NCBI GenBank assembly: GCA_028023455.1
Contig: JAQFVV010000008.1
Location: 13,764,001-13,828,000, forward strand
Direction of reading: 5' to 3'
DNA length: 64,000 nt
Source of the DNA: Epiperipatus broadwayi
Lineage: Eukaryota > Animalia > Onychophora
Below the pieces are notes generated by a model, which had not been told where the DNA came from, did no database searches, and saw nothing but the letters and a program-made list of their open reading frames with translations. Within the stretch, counting starts at the first letter, position 1; each line of letters begins with the position of its first letter. Made by a program: the position numbers and the translations under genes. Positions 38,930-53,500 of this stretch are shown here, in pieces.

Positions 38930-39190
38930 TTTCCAGCCAATCAGAATGTCTTTTTCGGCTGAGAGCATGCTAAGAACCAATCACAACTAATGTTCTTTCT
39001 TTGTTTAGGTTTAAATGCGTTTTTTTTTTTTTACTTGTAAAATAATTCGGAAGAGGGCACCATCTTACAGAACTTTTAAAAACCTATTCAATACCTGTCA
39101 AACGAATATTTTAGCATAAGAACTGGCAGAGTTAGAGTGACGTCAGATGTCGACGAGGAGCTTCGTAAGAGGCGGGAAAAGGGTTAATTG
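38930..39190. promoter_or_regulatory. CpG-rich, TATA-less promoter-like motif cluster
   Basis: CCAAT boxes at 38937 and 38977, CGGAAG (ETS) at 39048, CACCATCTT (YY1-like) at 39058, perfect CRE TGACGTCA at 39138, GGCGGGAAA (E2F) at 39171; about 13 CpGs in 38880-39250 against a CpG-poor background. Confidence 0.5.
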
Positions 39191-42100
39191 TCCTCTTTAT
39201 TTGCGATGGAATTTCTTATATAGAATGTTGCCAACCAGCTCACGGAAAGTTAAATAAATATTATCAGTTTAATTATATACATTTTATGAATGGCTCTGAA
39301 AAAAAAAATGAAATAAATGCCTAATATATTTTATGAATGAAATGTGAATTATTACTTCTTTTATATAACATTAACAGCAATTTCATCAGCTTCAATAAGA
39401 ACATTGAATGCGCTATACTGGACTCAAAATAATATTATTTGTTTTCCTGCAGAAACATGTTGTTTTTGTCAATATTTATCCCTATGTGCTTACTATTATT
39501 ATTACTGTTTAAGATATGACAAAGGGCTGTCATGTATAAACTGTAATAAACTTTTGTTTTCAACCCAGAAGAAAACCAAAGAACTTTATTTATTTATTTA
39601 TTTAATCGTATTTAGTGGGTAGATAGTTTAAAGGTTGTTTTATGATTTTATTATTTTTATTATTATATTTATTATGTCTCCAAGAACATCTCCTAAACGT
39701 ATAATATTAAGGGAATATTATACAAGGTATTTATTATTATTTTAGTATAAGCTTTATCGTGTGCCATATATAAACGTATGTGCTTGGTAAAATGGAGATG
39801 TCCATTTAAGGTTAAAAGGGGTAAACAATTATTTTAAAAGACTTTCATTACATAAAATCTGATAGTATATCTTTGCATTTTTTTTTATAGATTAGAAAAT
39901 CATTATTTTCAATAATTATTTAACCTAGAACATAAAGCTTTATTATTTATCTAAGCCAAACTTTAGCTTTGGATTTGTGCTAATATAGATGCACTATAAA
40001 AGATTATTTGGTCTTACCTTGCCAATAGAAAATATTGCCTTGTTTCTCAACTGTAATTAATATGTTTTTAAATTATAAATATTATATCAGATATGAAATG
40101 TTTACCCAGAATTGCGTTTACAATTAGTAATTAATATTTTACAGTAGTTCTTTACCTATTGGGATTTGCATTATCTGTGTATTATTATGCTTGTATATGT
40201 GTGTATATTATAAAACTCAACTATAATAATGTGTAGATTGCAAGTAAAATGATATAAAGTATATCGGTTTCGGAGGATGGAAATGGACGAATTAAATTTG
40301 AAGGATTAGAATCTGTTTAAGTATGAATTTATTGTTCTTTATTATGTTTGATAAGAAAAGTATTAGTGGCTATGTAGGGTGACATATGAGATTGAGCAAT
40401 CTCCCCTTTTCTGTTATTTGCATATTTGATATGGTAGATTGCCTAGTATATCTTATGGGATAGAGTAAAATCCCTTTGTTATTGAAGTATTTGATAGGAG
40501 TGGATTGAATCCTCCAGTTTTGATATTTGATATTATGAATTAGAGTGTGTGAAGCCAAGTATTTTATCTCCCTGATTAGTTTGGTGATGAGATTTGTCTC
40601 ACCAGTTCATTTAGTCTCAGAAGTTAGACTTGGGAGTTATTGCCTTGTTAGTTATAAAATTAGAAGTGTGAAAATCTTTTATCCCCATGTATTTTATGGA
40701 ATGTTTTTCATCTTATACTCATAGCTATGTGCCAGATAAGTTAGTGATAAAAAGAAGAATAAAAGTAGAATTGATTTCCTCATAAAAACAGCTGTTAGAA
40801 TTAGTGCTAAAGCTTGATTGTCCATTGTCATTGTCCGTATTATGATTTATTTACACATTCATAAGTAAACCGATTGGATTGATTAGTATTAATTATTTAT
40901 TGTATGACACACAGCATAATGCAGACACAGATATAAAGTACTAATTTAACAGTTATAAAAAAATCCATCATTAATGCATAACTTCAATCATTTTGCATTT
41001 ATCATTTAAATTTCATATCATCAGCTGCCATAATATTTAATCATAACTGGTATAAGCAAGCAAAGAAGACAAATCATAATTAATTAGTGGCATTATTCAT
41101 TTCTATTTTGCAAAGATAAAACATAGCTAATTGATAGAATTATTTCCATTTTGCAAAATATAATTTAATCTTATTTTGTGTTTATTCTTAGGTTCAAACC
41201 CCTTATTTTAGTTAATTTGCATTTTAAAGTAAAAAATGCCAAGATTTTAGTTTTATTTTATAATGTAATTGAAATATTTAACCTATGTTGTTTGTTATAG
41301 ACTTATTAGATTAATTAATAATTTAAGAGTGATATAAAAGACAAGATGTCGAATATAAAATAAATTATGTAGTTGATTGCCAGAAATGTAAGGCTATATT
41401 ATTTCAGTTCCATATGTTTATCAGAAGTGGCTGATAACTGAAAACCATTTTTGCAATAAAATATAAAGATTTTATTTTAGTTTATTATTTAGGGTTAAAG
41501 ATATAATATGTTGCCATACGTCTATCAAAGTGACTTGGTAGATGAAATGTGTCAGATAGGAAGTTAGAAAATTATCTTGTAATTTCTGCTCTTATGTAGG
41601 TTTTCAACCACTGATGTTAAAATATCCAGAACTTATATTTGTATAAATTGTAAAGAAATTAAATGTTTGCTTAACTATATTTTTTTTTTAATAAATGTTT
41701 TATTATTCAAAATTGTATTCAGGATTCTTCTTTAACATACATTCGTGTTTCATATTTCCACACCTGCTCACACATTTATTTTATCTAATATTTAATGATG
41801 AACATATCCAGATATGATGATATTGATTTCCATGATCCAAACACTGTATGAAATGTTAATTAGTTACGAATTCTCTAAAGGTTTATCATTCAGTTATTGT
41901 TTAGATGATGAATTGAAATCAAAATGTACCCCATTTCTTTCACTATCTAACTATTATTATTTTGTTAGGGTATGGCTTAATTTATTCCATTACTGTCATA
42001 ATATTAAATACTAGTTGTTGACAGGTAGAGATTTTAGATTAAGCCATGCCATAAATAGATTCCCTGAGATATTCAATTATTAATTTAGATTAAATATTAA

Positions 42101-43044
42101 ATTCAGTTAACTAGATTAGATTAGTGTATAATTAAAATTTAGTAATGATAGGTTTAGTTTAAGTTCAGATCCAACTTGTTATACATTATAATTTCTAAAT
42201 TTTATATTTTATTTATTAGTTTAATTTTCTAATATGGTAGAGGTTGTTCAATGCAAGTGGATGATGGGAGGAGGTGAAGTATAAATTATAACTTGTTAAA
42301 TTTAGATGGTAGAATTTTACCAATTTAATTCTTGTTTAGTATAGAATTTAATAGATTTTTATTTCCTATTAATTATAATATTTCCTCCCACATCTAATTT
42401 ACATTTGACACCTCATAGACCTCTGTATCCCTCAACTGAGCTAGGCTAAGGTGAAACTTTATTTAAGAGCCTCATAAGTAAATTTAGGGTAAAGTTAGAT
42501 TAATGGTTTATTCTATGATCCATAGAATTGGCACCCCCGGGTATTTGTGGTTGTTGGTGATCGGTGGTGAGGGGTTACAATATATATATATATACTGTAA
42601 TGAGAAAAATGGATGAACAGAAGTATAATACCCAATAGACAGACTTTTTGAAACTAAATTAAATTCAAATTGATAAGAAAGCTAAAGCAAATTGGATGAG
42701 AAAGCTTTATATGCTTGGGTTCTAAGACCCTAACCTATACAAATATAACTGTAAAATAGATTGAATAATAAAGAATACTAGATCTTATGGATGAAATGTG
42801 AATTTAAAATGATGACTTAAATATTAATATTAGATTAGTATGAATAGTAATGTTTAAACTCTATACTAATTGAAGTTTAATTGCCTATATCCCTTCGAAT
42901 ACTATTTAGAGTTATTATCCCTTAATTAATTAAAGTAAGTAAAATTCAGGACTTCTTAGTAAAATAATGACAACAATTTATTTACACCAAGTAATAAGAT
43001 AACAAGTGAGATTAATGAAATACTAAAAAAATAAGACTTAATAT

Positions 43045-44853
43045 TGCAACAAGTTGCGACCCCTCTCCATCTTTACTCAGTTGAACTTACGCTATCTTTA
43101 TTAAATCTGCTTATGTAATATATTACTAATAAAAAATATCACTGATTAATACATAAACGAAACATTCGATTTGCGAAATGGACTTGTAGCAACTATAGTC
43201 TGGAGACAAGTTATTTAAAACTTGACAATAAAAAAGGAGAAAATAACAGATATAATTACATAGGTAAGGAAATACTCAGCCTTGGTTTCTATTAATTATT
43301 AATTAATATTTATATTTCCCCAAGCAATATATTTATGGATGTCAGCATATTCCGACTCCATGCACCAATCCTATGCTTGCATAAGAATCACATTGAAAGG
43401 ATTTAATGAGAATAATATTAATATATTAATCATGCCCGGCCACTATCTCAGTTAGGGCGGGTAGTCCTTAGACTGATAGAGATGTATTATTTTGGAGCAA
43501 TACGCATTAACTTGTTTAATAAAAAAAACATACAAACCTTTTAACTAAATGAATAACTAAGAAATAATAAAAATAATAATAAAAAAAAAAGATAGGGCTC
43601 GTTTAATGGAAATATAAGCATAAATATATATTTTGACAGATTAAATTTTTATTGATTACATATTTTAATAGAAATAATTATAGGCTATACTATGAAATTG
43701 ATAAGGTGCACACGTATACATTTGAAATAAAGTCCGTATTCTCGAATAAAGTAAGCTTACTTAATAATGTGGTGGCCATGAAGATTGTTCATAAAGAAAG
43801 TTTTTGCTTTTAACTTCTGACAAAACGATAATAGAATTCAAATGTTTGACACAGCGAAGGTGTATGCATGCAGATTCCTGAAATTTGGACACTTACAGAG
43901 TCATGGAGCAGCTTTGATTTCCTTCGTGGAGCAATGGAAATGAAAACCCAGCACAGCTACAGTTTCAACCCAATATACTCATGTCAGACGCTGTATATAT
44001 ATATTACTTGCATATCATAGGTCAAAAAATTTGACAGCAATAACAATAACAGCATAAAATTCTAATCAACATAAAAAATACGAATCAGAAGACTCCACCT
44101 TTATTCTGTGGCTATATACATCTTTTTATTTTTGAAGAAGTTTCTTTTTATCCTCAAGTCTTATTTCCCATCATTCTTCTAAAAGTTCTACATTCTAAAA
44201 CCTTATCTTGCACGATCTCATTAGTCCAGGACATCATGATTTTATATCCGTTTCCCTTTGTCTTCATTTTTCTTTCTCAAAAGAAAAGCTTTTAGCAAGT
44301 TTTTATTTGATCCAACATTTCATTAAAATATTTTACAAAAAATAACTTTCAATAGGATTTACATTAAAAGCTCTTCATAGACAAAAGCTGTTTCATTCCT
44401 ACATATTTTTATTTTATTAAAACAAAATTAGATATGATGAAAAGTTTATGCACTAAATATTTTTCTTAAAAATTCTTTTTAATATTGCTATTTTTTTTTT
44501 TAATATATATAAGCACATATTCCATCAAAACAAAATGGGCACAAGACTTCATAGACAAAAGCAAAAGCTGTTTTATTCCTACATATTTTTATCTTATTAA
44601 AACAAAATTAGATATGATGAAAAGTTTATGCACTAAATATTTTTCTTAAAAATTCTTTTACATGCTATTTTTTTTTTAATATATACACACACATACTCCA
44701 TCAAAACAAAATGGGCACAAGACACCCCCCCCCCTCAGACGGCTTTGGTTAATTCATTCAATCAAATATGTACGTCAAAATATATCTACATATGCGTAAC
44801 TACTTAAACTCCTTTTTAACTTAGAGCAGGGTTTAAACCTGTTCACTGTTACA
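43045..44853 (-). repeat. 3' LTR (~1.81 kb) with an internal ~175-bp tandem duplication at 44373-44723
   Basis: Colinear with 48835-50524 at roughly 80-85% identity by eye. CTTCATAGACAAAAG...GGGCACAAGA occurs twice here and once in the other LTR. Confidence 0.88.
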
Positions 44854-47800
44854 ATACCACCCCGCCATTCAGAAGCCTTCAAACATGTTTGGATCTCAAG
44901 ATTACACTAAAAAAGTAATATTCAAAAAAAAAAATTTCCTTCCATCTCTTTTTTTTTTCTTTTTAGTTCATTTTATCCTATTTCCTTTTTATTTGTCTGT
45001 GTATGATGGTGCGGGTTTCACTGAACAGATGTTATAAGATCCTTTGATTTCTTGCCCGGTATCTGCCCAAAAAATGTTATTTCCCTGATGCTGGATGATG
45101 AAAAACGGATCTTCAGATGAATTGCAAAAATTCCGGCATATAAACTTGCTCAGATCGCTCATATTGGATGTGCTGACCATGACTCTGTCTCCTAATTTGA
45201 ACTTATAGGGATTTCCTACTGATTTTTTATTCCTTCTTTGATAATCCTATGTAGGGTCTGGGATGCCTGGGCATGATCAGCTTCCTGATCAATGGGAGGT
45301 TCTTCCATCCCTTGTAGAATTTTAATTAGTTTAGGAATGTGCAAGACAAAATCAGTCGACTCATTTATGGACCAATTTATATAATTCATGATCTGCTGTA
45401 AGTGCTTGACCCAGCCCCTATGGTTTGTACTGATATATGTATAAAATTAACGCCCTAATTCCTGCATTACCCTTTCATAAGGATTTGATTGAAGGTTCTG
45501 GATTAATGTTAATATATGCTTAATTCCTTGTCTCTGGGTTCACCTCCTGACATAAATGGAGTACCATGGTCGGAGAGAATGACCTTAGGCTTTTCACCTC
45601 TGGGAAATGCCTACTTTCCAATGTATTCATAGTATTTTTTGTGTTAGCCTGAGAAATGGGATAAACGGATACATACTTTGAAAACAAATCCATCGCCATC
45701 ATCTCCCAAGGTTTTGATAGTATCACACAGACCACGGAATCACATGTCCCCTATTTGTAGGTTTTGTTGTTTTACAGGTTTCACATTTATCCAATACTGC
45801 CATGATTTTTGTATGTATACTCAGTCAATAGAACCACTTCCGGAGCAAATGCTGTTTTTTTAGGGTACCATAATGGCCATATAGTTGATGAAAATGAGTC
45901 ACAACATCTCTCATCTGCTGAGGTATGACTGTTTTCCTTTGTTCACGGTCATTTCGTATTTTGTATTGAAATATGCCATGGGATATCCTGTACCTTGCTC
46001 CCTTATTACCTATCCACATGACATTTATGACCGTACCCCCTTTCTAATCATTCAATCACAAGTTTCAATTGCTCATTTTCATGCTGATGATAATCCAGAT
46101 GTCCCAACTCTTATTCCATCCTTTCACTCATTCTAAATCAATACTGACAATGTACAGATTTTCTGCCCCTAAATGGCAGGGCTGAGAGTCGACAGAATTT
46201 CTGCTTAGAATATCGGTAACGAGGTTTTCAGACCCTTTACAGTATTGCACCATATAGTTGTATTCCAGGGGAACAAACTCCAGTGGACCAACCGGTTGTT
46301 CATCAGGTAGCTATGATTTAGGAATTCCAAACTTTTGGGGTCAGTCATTACGACCACTTTTGATCCTAGCAAGGGTAGTGTAAACTTCTGAAAGGCTCAG
46401 ACAATTGCTAATGCCTCCTTTTGGAGTGGCAGAGTAATTTAATTCAAATCCCCTTCACAAACGACTGGTAAACTATAACACCTCCATTTGTTCCCCATCT
46501 TGCACTTGGCGATAAAGTTACTACCAACCTGTATCCACTACTATCAGTCTGTACAAAGAACAGTTGATGGTGAAATCAGGGAATGATAGAATGACCTATC
46601 TCAGAACCCCTTCTTTTATGTCCTCAAAGGCTTTGTCTTGCTCTCTGGGTCACTTCCAAAGTACATGTTTTCTTAATAGTCTGACTAGTGATTACATATG
46701 TTCTGCCAACCGTTCATGAAACCTATAGTCGAACCTGCATCCTGGATCTTAGCTCAGGAAAATTCCTGATGGCTAGTACTTCATCGCGATGTAGTTTCAT
46801 CTCTTGCAATTTTACCATGTGGCCCAAAAACATCCATTTCTTCCCTCATTAGAGTACTTTTTTTAAGTTTATCCTAATCCCCTTTTTCTTACACTCAGTG
46901 AGGAAAATTTCTACATCCTGAATATGCTCGTCTATAGTTATTGAGGCTATCAATACATCATCAATATACATCATTATTAGCTTCTTAACTTCATGTGACA
47001 ACACCTAATCGAGGCATCGCAGCAGCCCAGCCCCACTATTTATCAGGCCAAATGGCATTCTATTGAATTGGTATGAATATCCCTTGTATCTAAAACAGTG
47101 TACTACCAGTCCTCTGGATGAAGCTTGATTTTCCAGTAGCTGATGTTCAAATCAAATGTCAAGTAAACTTTTTCCTTTGAACTTCCCTAACAACTCATGT
47201 ATGGGGGTGGGCAAGACTTAATCTGACATTCCCATTTTTTTTACCATAATCAATGAATTACAGTATGAGGATGAACATCTTGGAATGATCCCCCATTCCA
47301 TCATTTGACTTATTTGTTTTTGGACATCCTCCATATACTGATGTGTTACAGGAAAAGAATGGGATTGTAAGGAATTATCCTGTTTTAACTTAATTCGCTG
47401 TTCAAAACCCTGGATCACTCTTGAAAAGACATGGTTATACTTTTCAAACATCTTCATGAGCGTATCCCTCCTGTTTCCATTTACCATTCTAACCTTTTTA
47501 ATCATTTCTTCTATAATCCCCTCAACTTGCAGCACCCCTAATAATCTACATAGCTTTGGTGTTGTGAAATTTATTCCTCCTCCTCACATATGACCTGTTC
47601 CATCCCAAAATCGATGGAGCATTTATATTTATGCAAAAAATTCCGATCAGACCCTTCATGATCAAAAATACAAGTGAGAACAGTTTCCCACTTATTTGTA
47701 AATCTACCCATATTTATTTAGATTTAACCTTAGGTTTTCTGTTATTTGCCATCCTTACCTAGACTGGCTTTATCAGAAGAATCTGAATGCTAGGCTGTTC

Positions 47801-48780
47801 GTTTATAAAACAGGAATACACTTCCTCTGACAATACCAAAATTTGGCTACCCAAGTCTGCTAATGTCTCGACTTCCATCTGAACAATTGTTATCCAGTCT
47901 TAGGGAAAGTCTGATTAGCATAATTAGGGACTCGGTCCTCCCAAGAACACACTAAATTTCCTAAGTGTCTTTTTATTTTTGTAGGCTAACTTTGCATCTA
48001 CTCCACCTCCTTTTTATTCCAACTTCCTCCAAATTTATTGCCGCTATTTCTAACATCATAGACTCCCTAGTTTCCCAGCTTCATCATTGCTTACTGATTT
48101 CTATTTGCTGTAATATCTTATCAATTTCTTTTGCTAAACTACCCCCTAGTATACCAATTATTTCCTCTGGCAAATTTCTGCAGATGATTCCCACAATCTG
48201 ATTTTCTGATATGCTTTCAGATCCCTCAACATAGACACTTGACATCTAAAAAAATGAATGCAAGCCTCTTCCTCATCTTCATAAAACTTTTGACTGATGA
48301 GCTGGACTTTAATATTCTTGCTGCTCTTCATTCCAAAACATCTTCTTTAAGGCTATTTCATATTCTTAGAAAGTTTCTGGTTGGAGTAGCAATGATTCCC
48401 ACCATGTCTGGGCATACTCTTGGAGATGACTGTGCACTACTATTACTTTGGCTATTTCCCCCTATCTTGTGGCTACAAAAAAATCTCTGCAGACTCTTTA
48501 GATGTTCTCCAGATATCTCCCTCTTTGTCCTCTAAATATCTTTATTTTGACTTAACTTGTTCTCTTTGCTATTTATAGTCATCATTTTTTTATATATGTA
48601 TCCCTGCCTATTTCTAACAAATGTGCTAGGCTTAACTTATCAGCCCAGAAAACTATACTGCATAACATCATTTCTGTATATCTAACTATTCTTCCTAAAA
48701 TCCACTTTATTATATATATCCTGATTTCTATTACTTGTGATGAAAAAAAATATCACAACTCTTTAATATTACTATTCCTT

Positions 48781-48840
48781 AATTCTCGTTATGTTGGGCA
48801 CCATTGTAATAATTCTCGTTATGTTGGGCACCATTGTAAT
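48781..48840 (-). promoter_or_regulatory. Duplicated PBS/LTR junction (perfect 30-bp tandem); PBS resembles tRNA-Lys(CUU)
   Basis: AATTCTCGTTATGTTGGGCACCATTGTAAT twice; the minus strand gives ATTACA-A-TGGTGCCCAACAT, compared with TGGCGCCCAACGT for tRNA-Lys. Confidence 0.8.
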
Positions 48841-50524
48841 AGGTTGCAACTCCACTTCATCTTTACTGAGGTGACCTTATGCTATCTTTATTAAAATCTG
48901 CTTATATAACATATTATTAGTAAATGATATCAATGAGTAATATATAAACACAACATTCGATTTACTGAAATAGACTTGTAGCAGCCATAGCCTAGAGACA
49001 AGCTATTTAAAACTTATTTCTCAAAAATAAAAAAAAAGCGACAAAATAACAGATATAATTATATAGGTATGGGAATACTCAGCCTTGGTTTCTATTAATT
49101 ACTAAATATTATTTCCCCAAGCAATATATTTATGAATGTTAGCGTTTTTCAACTCCAAGAGCAAATCCTATGCTTGCATAAGAATTATATTGAAGAGATT
49201 TAATGAGAACAATATAATATATTACTTCATGCTCAGCCACTAGCTATCTTAGTTTGGCTGGGTAGTCCTTAGACTGTCAGAGATGTGTTATTTTGGGGCA
49301 ATATACATTAACTTATTTAATAAAGAAAACATACAAACATTTTAACTAAATAAATAACTAAAAAATAATGAAAAAAAAAATAAAAAAAAATATTCAATCA
49401 TTTAATGGAAATATAAGCATAAATATATATTTTAACAGATTACATATATTAAATATTTTACCTTTACAGTTATCTATATGATTTAATAGAAATAATTATA
49501 GGCTATACTATGAAATTAATAATGTGCACACATATGCATTTGAAATAAAATATATTGTGGATTCCCAGGGAAATTAGATTGTCCATATTCTCGAATATCG
49601 TAAACTTACTTAAAAATGCAGTGACCATGAAAATTGTCCATAAAGAAAGTCTTTGCTTTTAGCTTCAGATGAACTGATAATGAATCCAAATGTTTGACAT
49701 GGTGAAAATATATGGATGCGGATTCCTGAAGTTCGAATACTTACGGGGTCATGGAATAGCTTTGATTTCTTTCATGGAGAAGTGGGAATGAAAACCCAGC
49801 ACATCTACGGTTTCAACTCAATATACTCATGTCATCCGGCATATATATATATCTTACTTGCAGTATTGTAAGTCTGAAAATTTGACAGCAATCACAATAA
49901 CAGCATAAATTTTCTAATCAATGCAAAAAATACGAATCAGAAGTTCCCTCCTTTATTCTGATTTGGCTATATATATCTTTTTATTTTTCTAGCTTTTTTT
50001 TTGTCCTCAAGCCTTATTTCCCATTATTCTTCTAAAAGTTCTACATTTTAAACCTTATCCTATGCGATCTCATTAGTCTAGGATATTACGATTTTGAATC
50101 CGTTTTCCTTTGTCTTCAGTTTTCTCTCACAAAAGAAAAGCTTTTAGCAAGTTTTTATTCGATTCAAAGTTTTGTAAAACATTTTAAAAATAAAACATTT
50201 TTAAAAAAATAACTTTCAATGGGATTTACATGAAAAGCACTTCATAGACAAAAACAAAAGCTGTTTCATTCTACACAGATATGATAAAAAGTTTATACAT
50301 TAAATATTTTTCTTAAAAATTATTTTACATGCTACATATATATATATTTTTTAATATATACATGCACATACTCCATCAAAACAAAATGAGCACAAGACTG
50401 TCCCTTCAGAATACTTTAGTTAATTCATTCAATCAAATATGTACATCAAAATATATCTACATATGCATAGCTACTTAAATTCCTTTTTACCTTGGAACAG
50501 GATTCAAACCTGGCACCAGTTACA
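48835..50524 (-). repeat. 5' LTR (~1.69 kb)
   Basis: TGTAAT...GTTACA on the plus strand, followed by the ATAT TSD. Confidence 0.88.
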
Positions 50525-53500
50525 ATATGTACTAATTGTATAAGTGTTGATACTTATGATGATGCTAAACAGACTCAATTTCATAACAAGGAAAAATATG
50601 TGTTTACTAATTTTATCAAAGAAATATAAAATTAATAAAGATTCTTTAACTTGATTAGGATTTGTTACTATAGCAAATATTAATAATTTTAAATAAGTTA
50701 TTTAGATGCATTTAATTACTAGCTGTTTATCCTCAATTATAAATTCATCTGATCATTTGTCCTTAACAAGCAGCAACCCTTTTAAATACATATATTAATA
50801 AAATTTTAAGGTGCAATTTAATGATTGGTAAGGATAATAAGTATTCAATATCCAAAATCTAGTTATACTTTAGACTCCACTATCTCTATAGTAACAATGA
50901 TTCCAAAACATTATTCAAAATTATTCCCACTAGATTTATCCATAAAGTATTTGATATGTTCATCCATAATTTAGATAATTATCACATGACATGCTATTCT
51001 GTAGTATAAGTATCATTAGCAACATGTATATATAAAACCTCGAAGACCACTAAACATTAATTTCCAAAGGATTTATTTGCTTTTATTTCCTCTCAGAGGT
51101 AATGGTTATTCCATTCATTATAATGCAATATAATCTTTCGACACATGAAATATGCACGTAAGCATTACATGAATTTAATAAAGATTTGTCAGCATACATA
51201 AGATAAAATGACTCTAAAATATAGTAATAGTAGTGTGAGAAATCAAAATTTTGACATTTTTCAATACATAACAATTTAGTATTTTAAAGTACTGGTATTA
51301 TTTTAATTTCCTTAGCAATATTATTGCTTTTATCCACAGACATTTGTACTGCACTTCAGGTTTACACATATAAATTTACTTAAATTTAAATAAGTATTTC
51401 TTGAGATCTTCGATGAATGCAAAGGATACATTTTTTGGAATGCAATGTTAGTTGCATTTCAGTTGGTATTAAGCTTTGATTTACTTTTCATTTGCCTTGG
51501 TAAGTAGATGTTAACTTTCTTTGTTATCCAATCATATTGTGCATTCTTTTAATACAGATTTTTTCAACACGTACATTGTTGCTTTTATAATAAAAGAAAT
51601 GTTTATTAAAAATAAAACTTTATGAAATAAGCAAATATATATGAAGAATGAACACACTTCAAAAGAATGAAAGTGACGCATTTCTACTGGATGACAGGGA
51701 GTTCACATAACATTCAAATGACATAATATCTATCACTATTGTTATTTGATATGCTCACAGATGATGTCTTTAAAATTTATTGAGCTATTATTATTACTAT
51801 AAATAAATAGATATCAATTATATGCACACATATAAAATAGATTCATACATATGAAAATGTAACATTATTTTTATTGGAGTTCCTCTCTGAAATATACATA
51901 TATAAAACAAAAATGTTATTTTGGCAAGATGTTTCTTTTTAAACTGGAATGATTTAAATCTTTTCAATTGGCAATTCTATTTTTTTCTAAAATACTAAAT
52001 CTTACTGTGTATTTTTTGTATTAAAAAGAAATAAAAATGAACTGTCAAATATTCTTAATAGGCATAATAAAGTAAAAAGAAAAGAGTTGAAAATCATTAC
52101 TTTGATTTTAAAATGTTATTATTGTTTACTTATCAGTATTTAAGATTTAATAATATATATATATGCTGCTCTTTTTAATAAAAGTAAACATATATGTGCT
52201 TTTCTTTTGAAATTTTGAATAATTAACTTTGAAAGTTGATATTGCATTATTTTAAAATAAAGAAAATAAATCATAAATTGTTTTGTATTCTAAAATGTTG
52301 ACAATAACTCTTTTAAAAATGGACAAAGCATTATTGTGAATCAAAAGATAATGTATAGGTATAGTGAAATTAAGAAACATTAATTGGCAATTCCAATAAT
52401 CAATAATCCCCATATAATAATGATCTAAAATCTAAACATATATAAAAAAAATTTTAGTAATAGATATATAGATGACAAGAATTCAGGATGTACTGATATA
52501 TACAATTCATATTACCATATACAAAGTAAAGTATCAAAAAATGAGAAAAATAAATTAAAACTTACTATCATTTCATACGATAACAAAATTGTGACAATAG
52601 TTACTAGAATCTGTCCTTTTAAAACAATCAAACTGTCTGAATCTTTAAGTTGTATAAAAATATTTCTAAGAGAACCGATTGTCTGTTCAGCACTAAAACA
52701 AAAAAAAAAAACATAATTTAATTTATAATAAAAAGTTCACAAATATCTAAATAAAAAAAAATTGTAAATGTATTAAGCTTAAAACTTCATATTATTGAAA
52801 TATATTCTTATACTTTTGCTTAATGATTAACTAACAATCTGTGCAATAAATAAATAAAACAAAATTACTTATACTTTGAATAGACAATTGATTTTAAATT
52901 GAATAGACTATAGACTGATATTCTATTGCATATTATATATACTATCATTATTATTAGTTTTAGATGGCTTATTTATTCACTAGTTAAATATCATTATTTC
53001 AGTGATCAAAATTTCTAAAATAATTATTTCATAATTGAAAAATAGTGCTTATAGTCATGTGAATAAACTTCAGAGATGATAGTTTGTAGTGTTTTGCCTT
53101 ATTAAAAATGTAATTTTAAGTAGATCCAATTCTAATAGTTCAGTGGCCTAAATCCACTAGGAATACTTTAAAGGCTGTTAAAAAAAATTGATGAATTCAT
53201 TTTATCAGTTTGTGATTAGATAAAATCCAAAGATGAGTTTTTAAAGAATATTACTAACCAATAACCAGTTGATTTTCAGTGACAAAAACATCATCTTGAC
53301 CTTTTTTCCTTCCCCACTTTTGTAATTTTGTAAATTTTCTTAATTTCAGTTTAGTACAGTTATCTTTCACTTTTTCTTCTTTTTTTTTTATCTTTTAGAA
53401 ATTAAAATTACATTTCTATCTATATTTTTTACTTCCTCTTTCCATATCATGAACTTGCAAATTTTTGATTTTGAAAATGGAGAATATTGTAGAGAGTTCT

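Larger units (their letters stand above)
43045..50524 (-). mobile_element. Old Ty3/gypsy element of the Osvaldo/Ulysses/Woot type (long LTRs, tRNA-Lys PBS), heavily mutated
   Basis: Long direct repeats 43045-44853 and 48835-50524; 4-bp TSD ATAT (43041-43044 and 50525-50528); PBS; PR ETLADLGSQILVLS (~47850); RT IMYIDDVLIAS (YIDD at 46957-46968); IN FHQLYGHYG, WEMMAMDLF and C-terminal KFKLGDRVMV...EDPFFII; PPT-like GGCGGGGTGGTAT at 44866-44854. Confidence 0.92.

Noticed and set aside
40237-40326. Exon-like segment encoding EDGNGRIKFEG (EF-hand-like)
   Set aside because: All three frames have stops between the candidate splice sites and there are no neighbouring exons.
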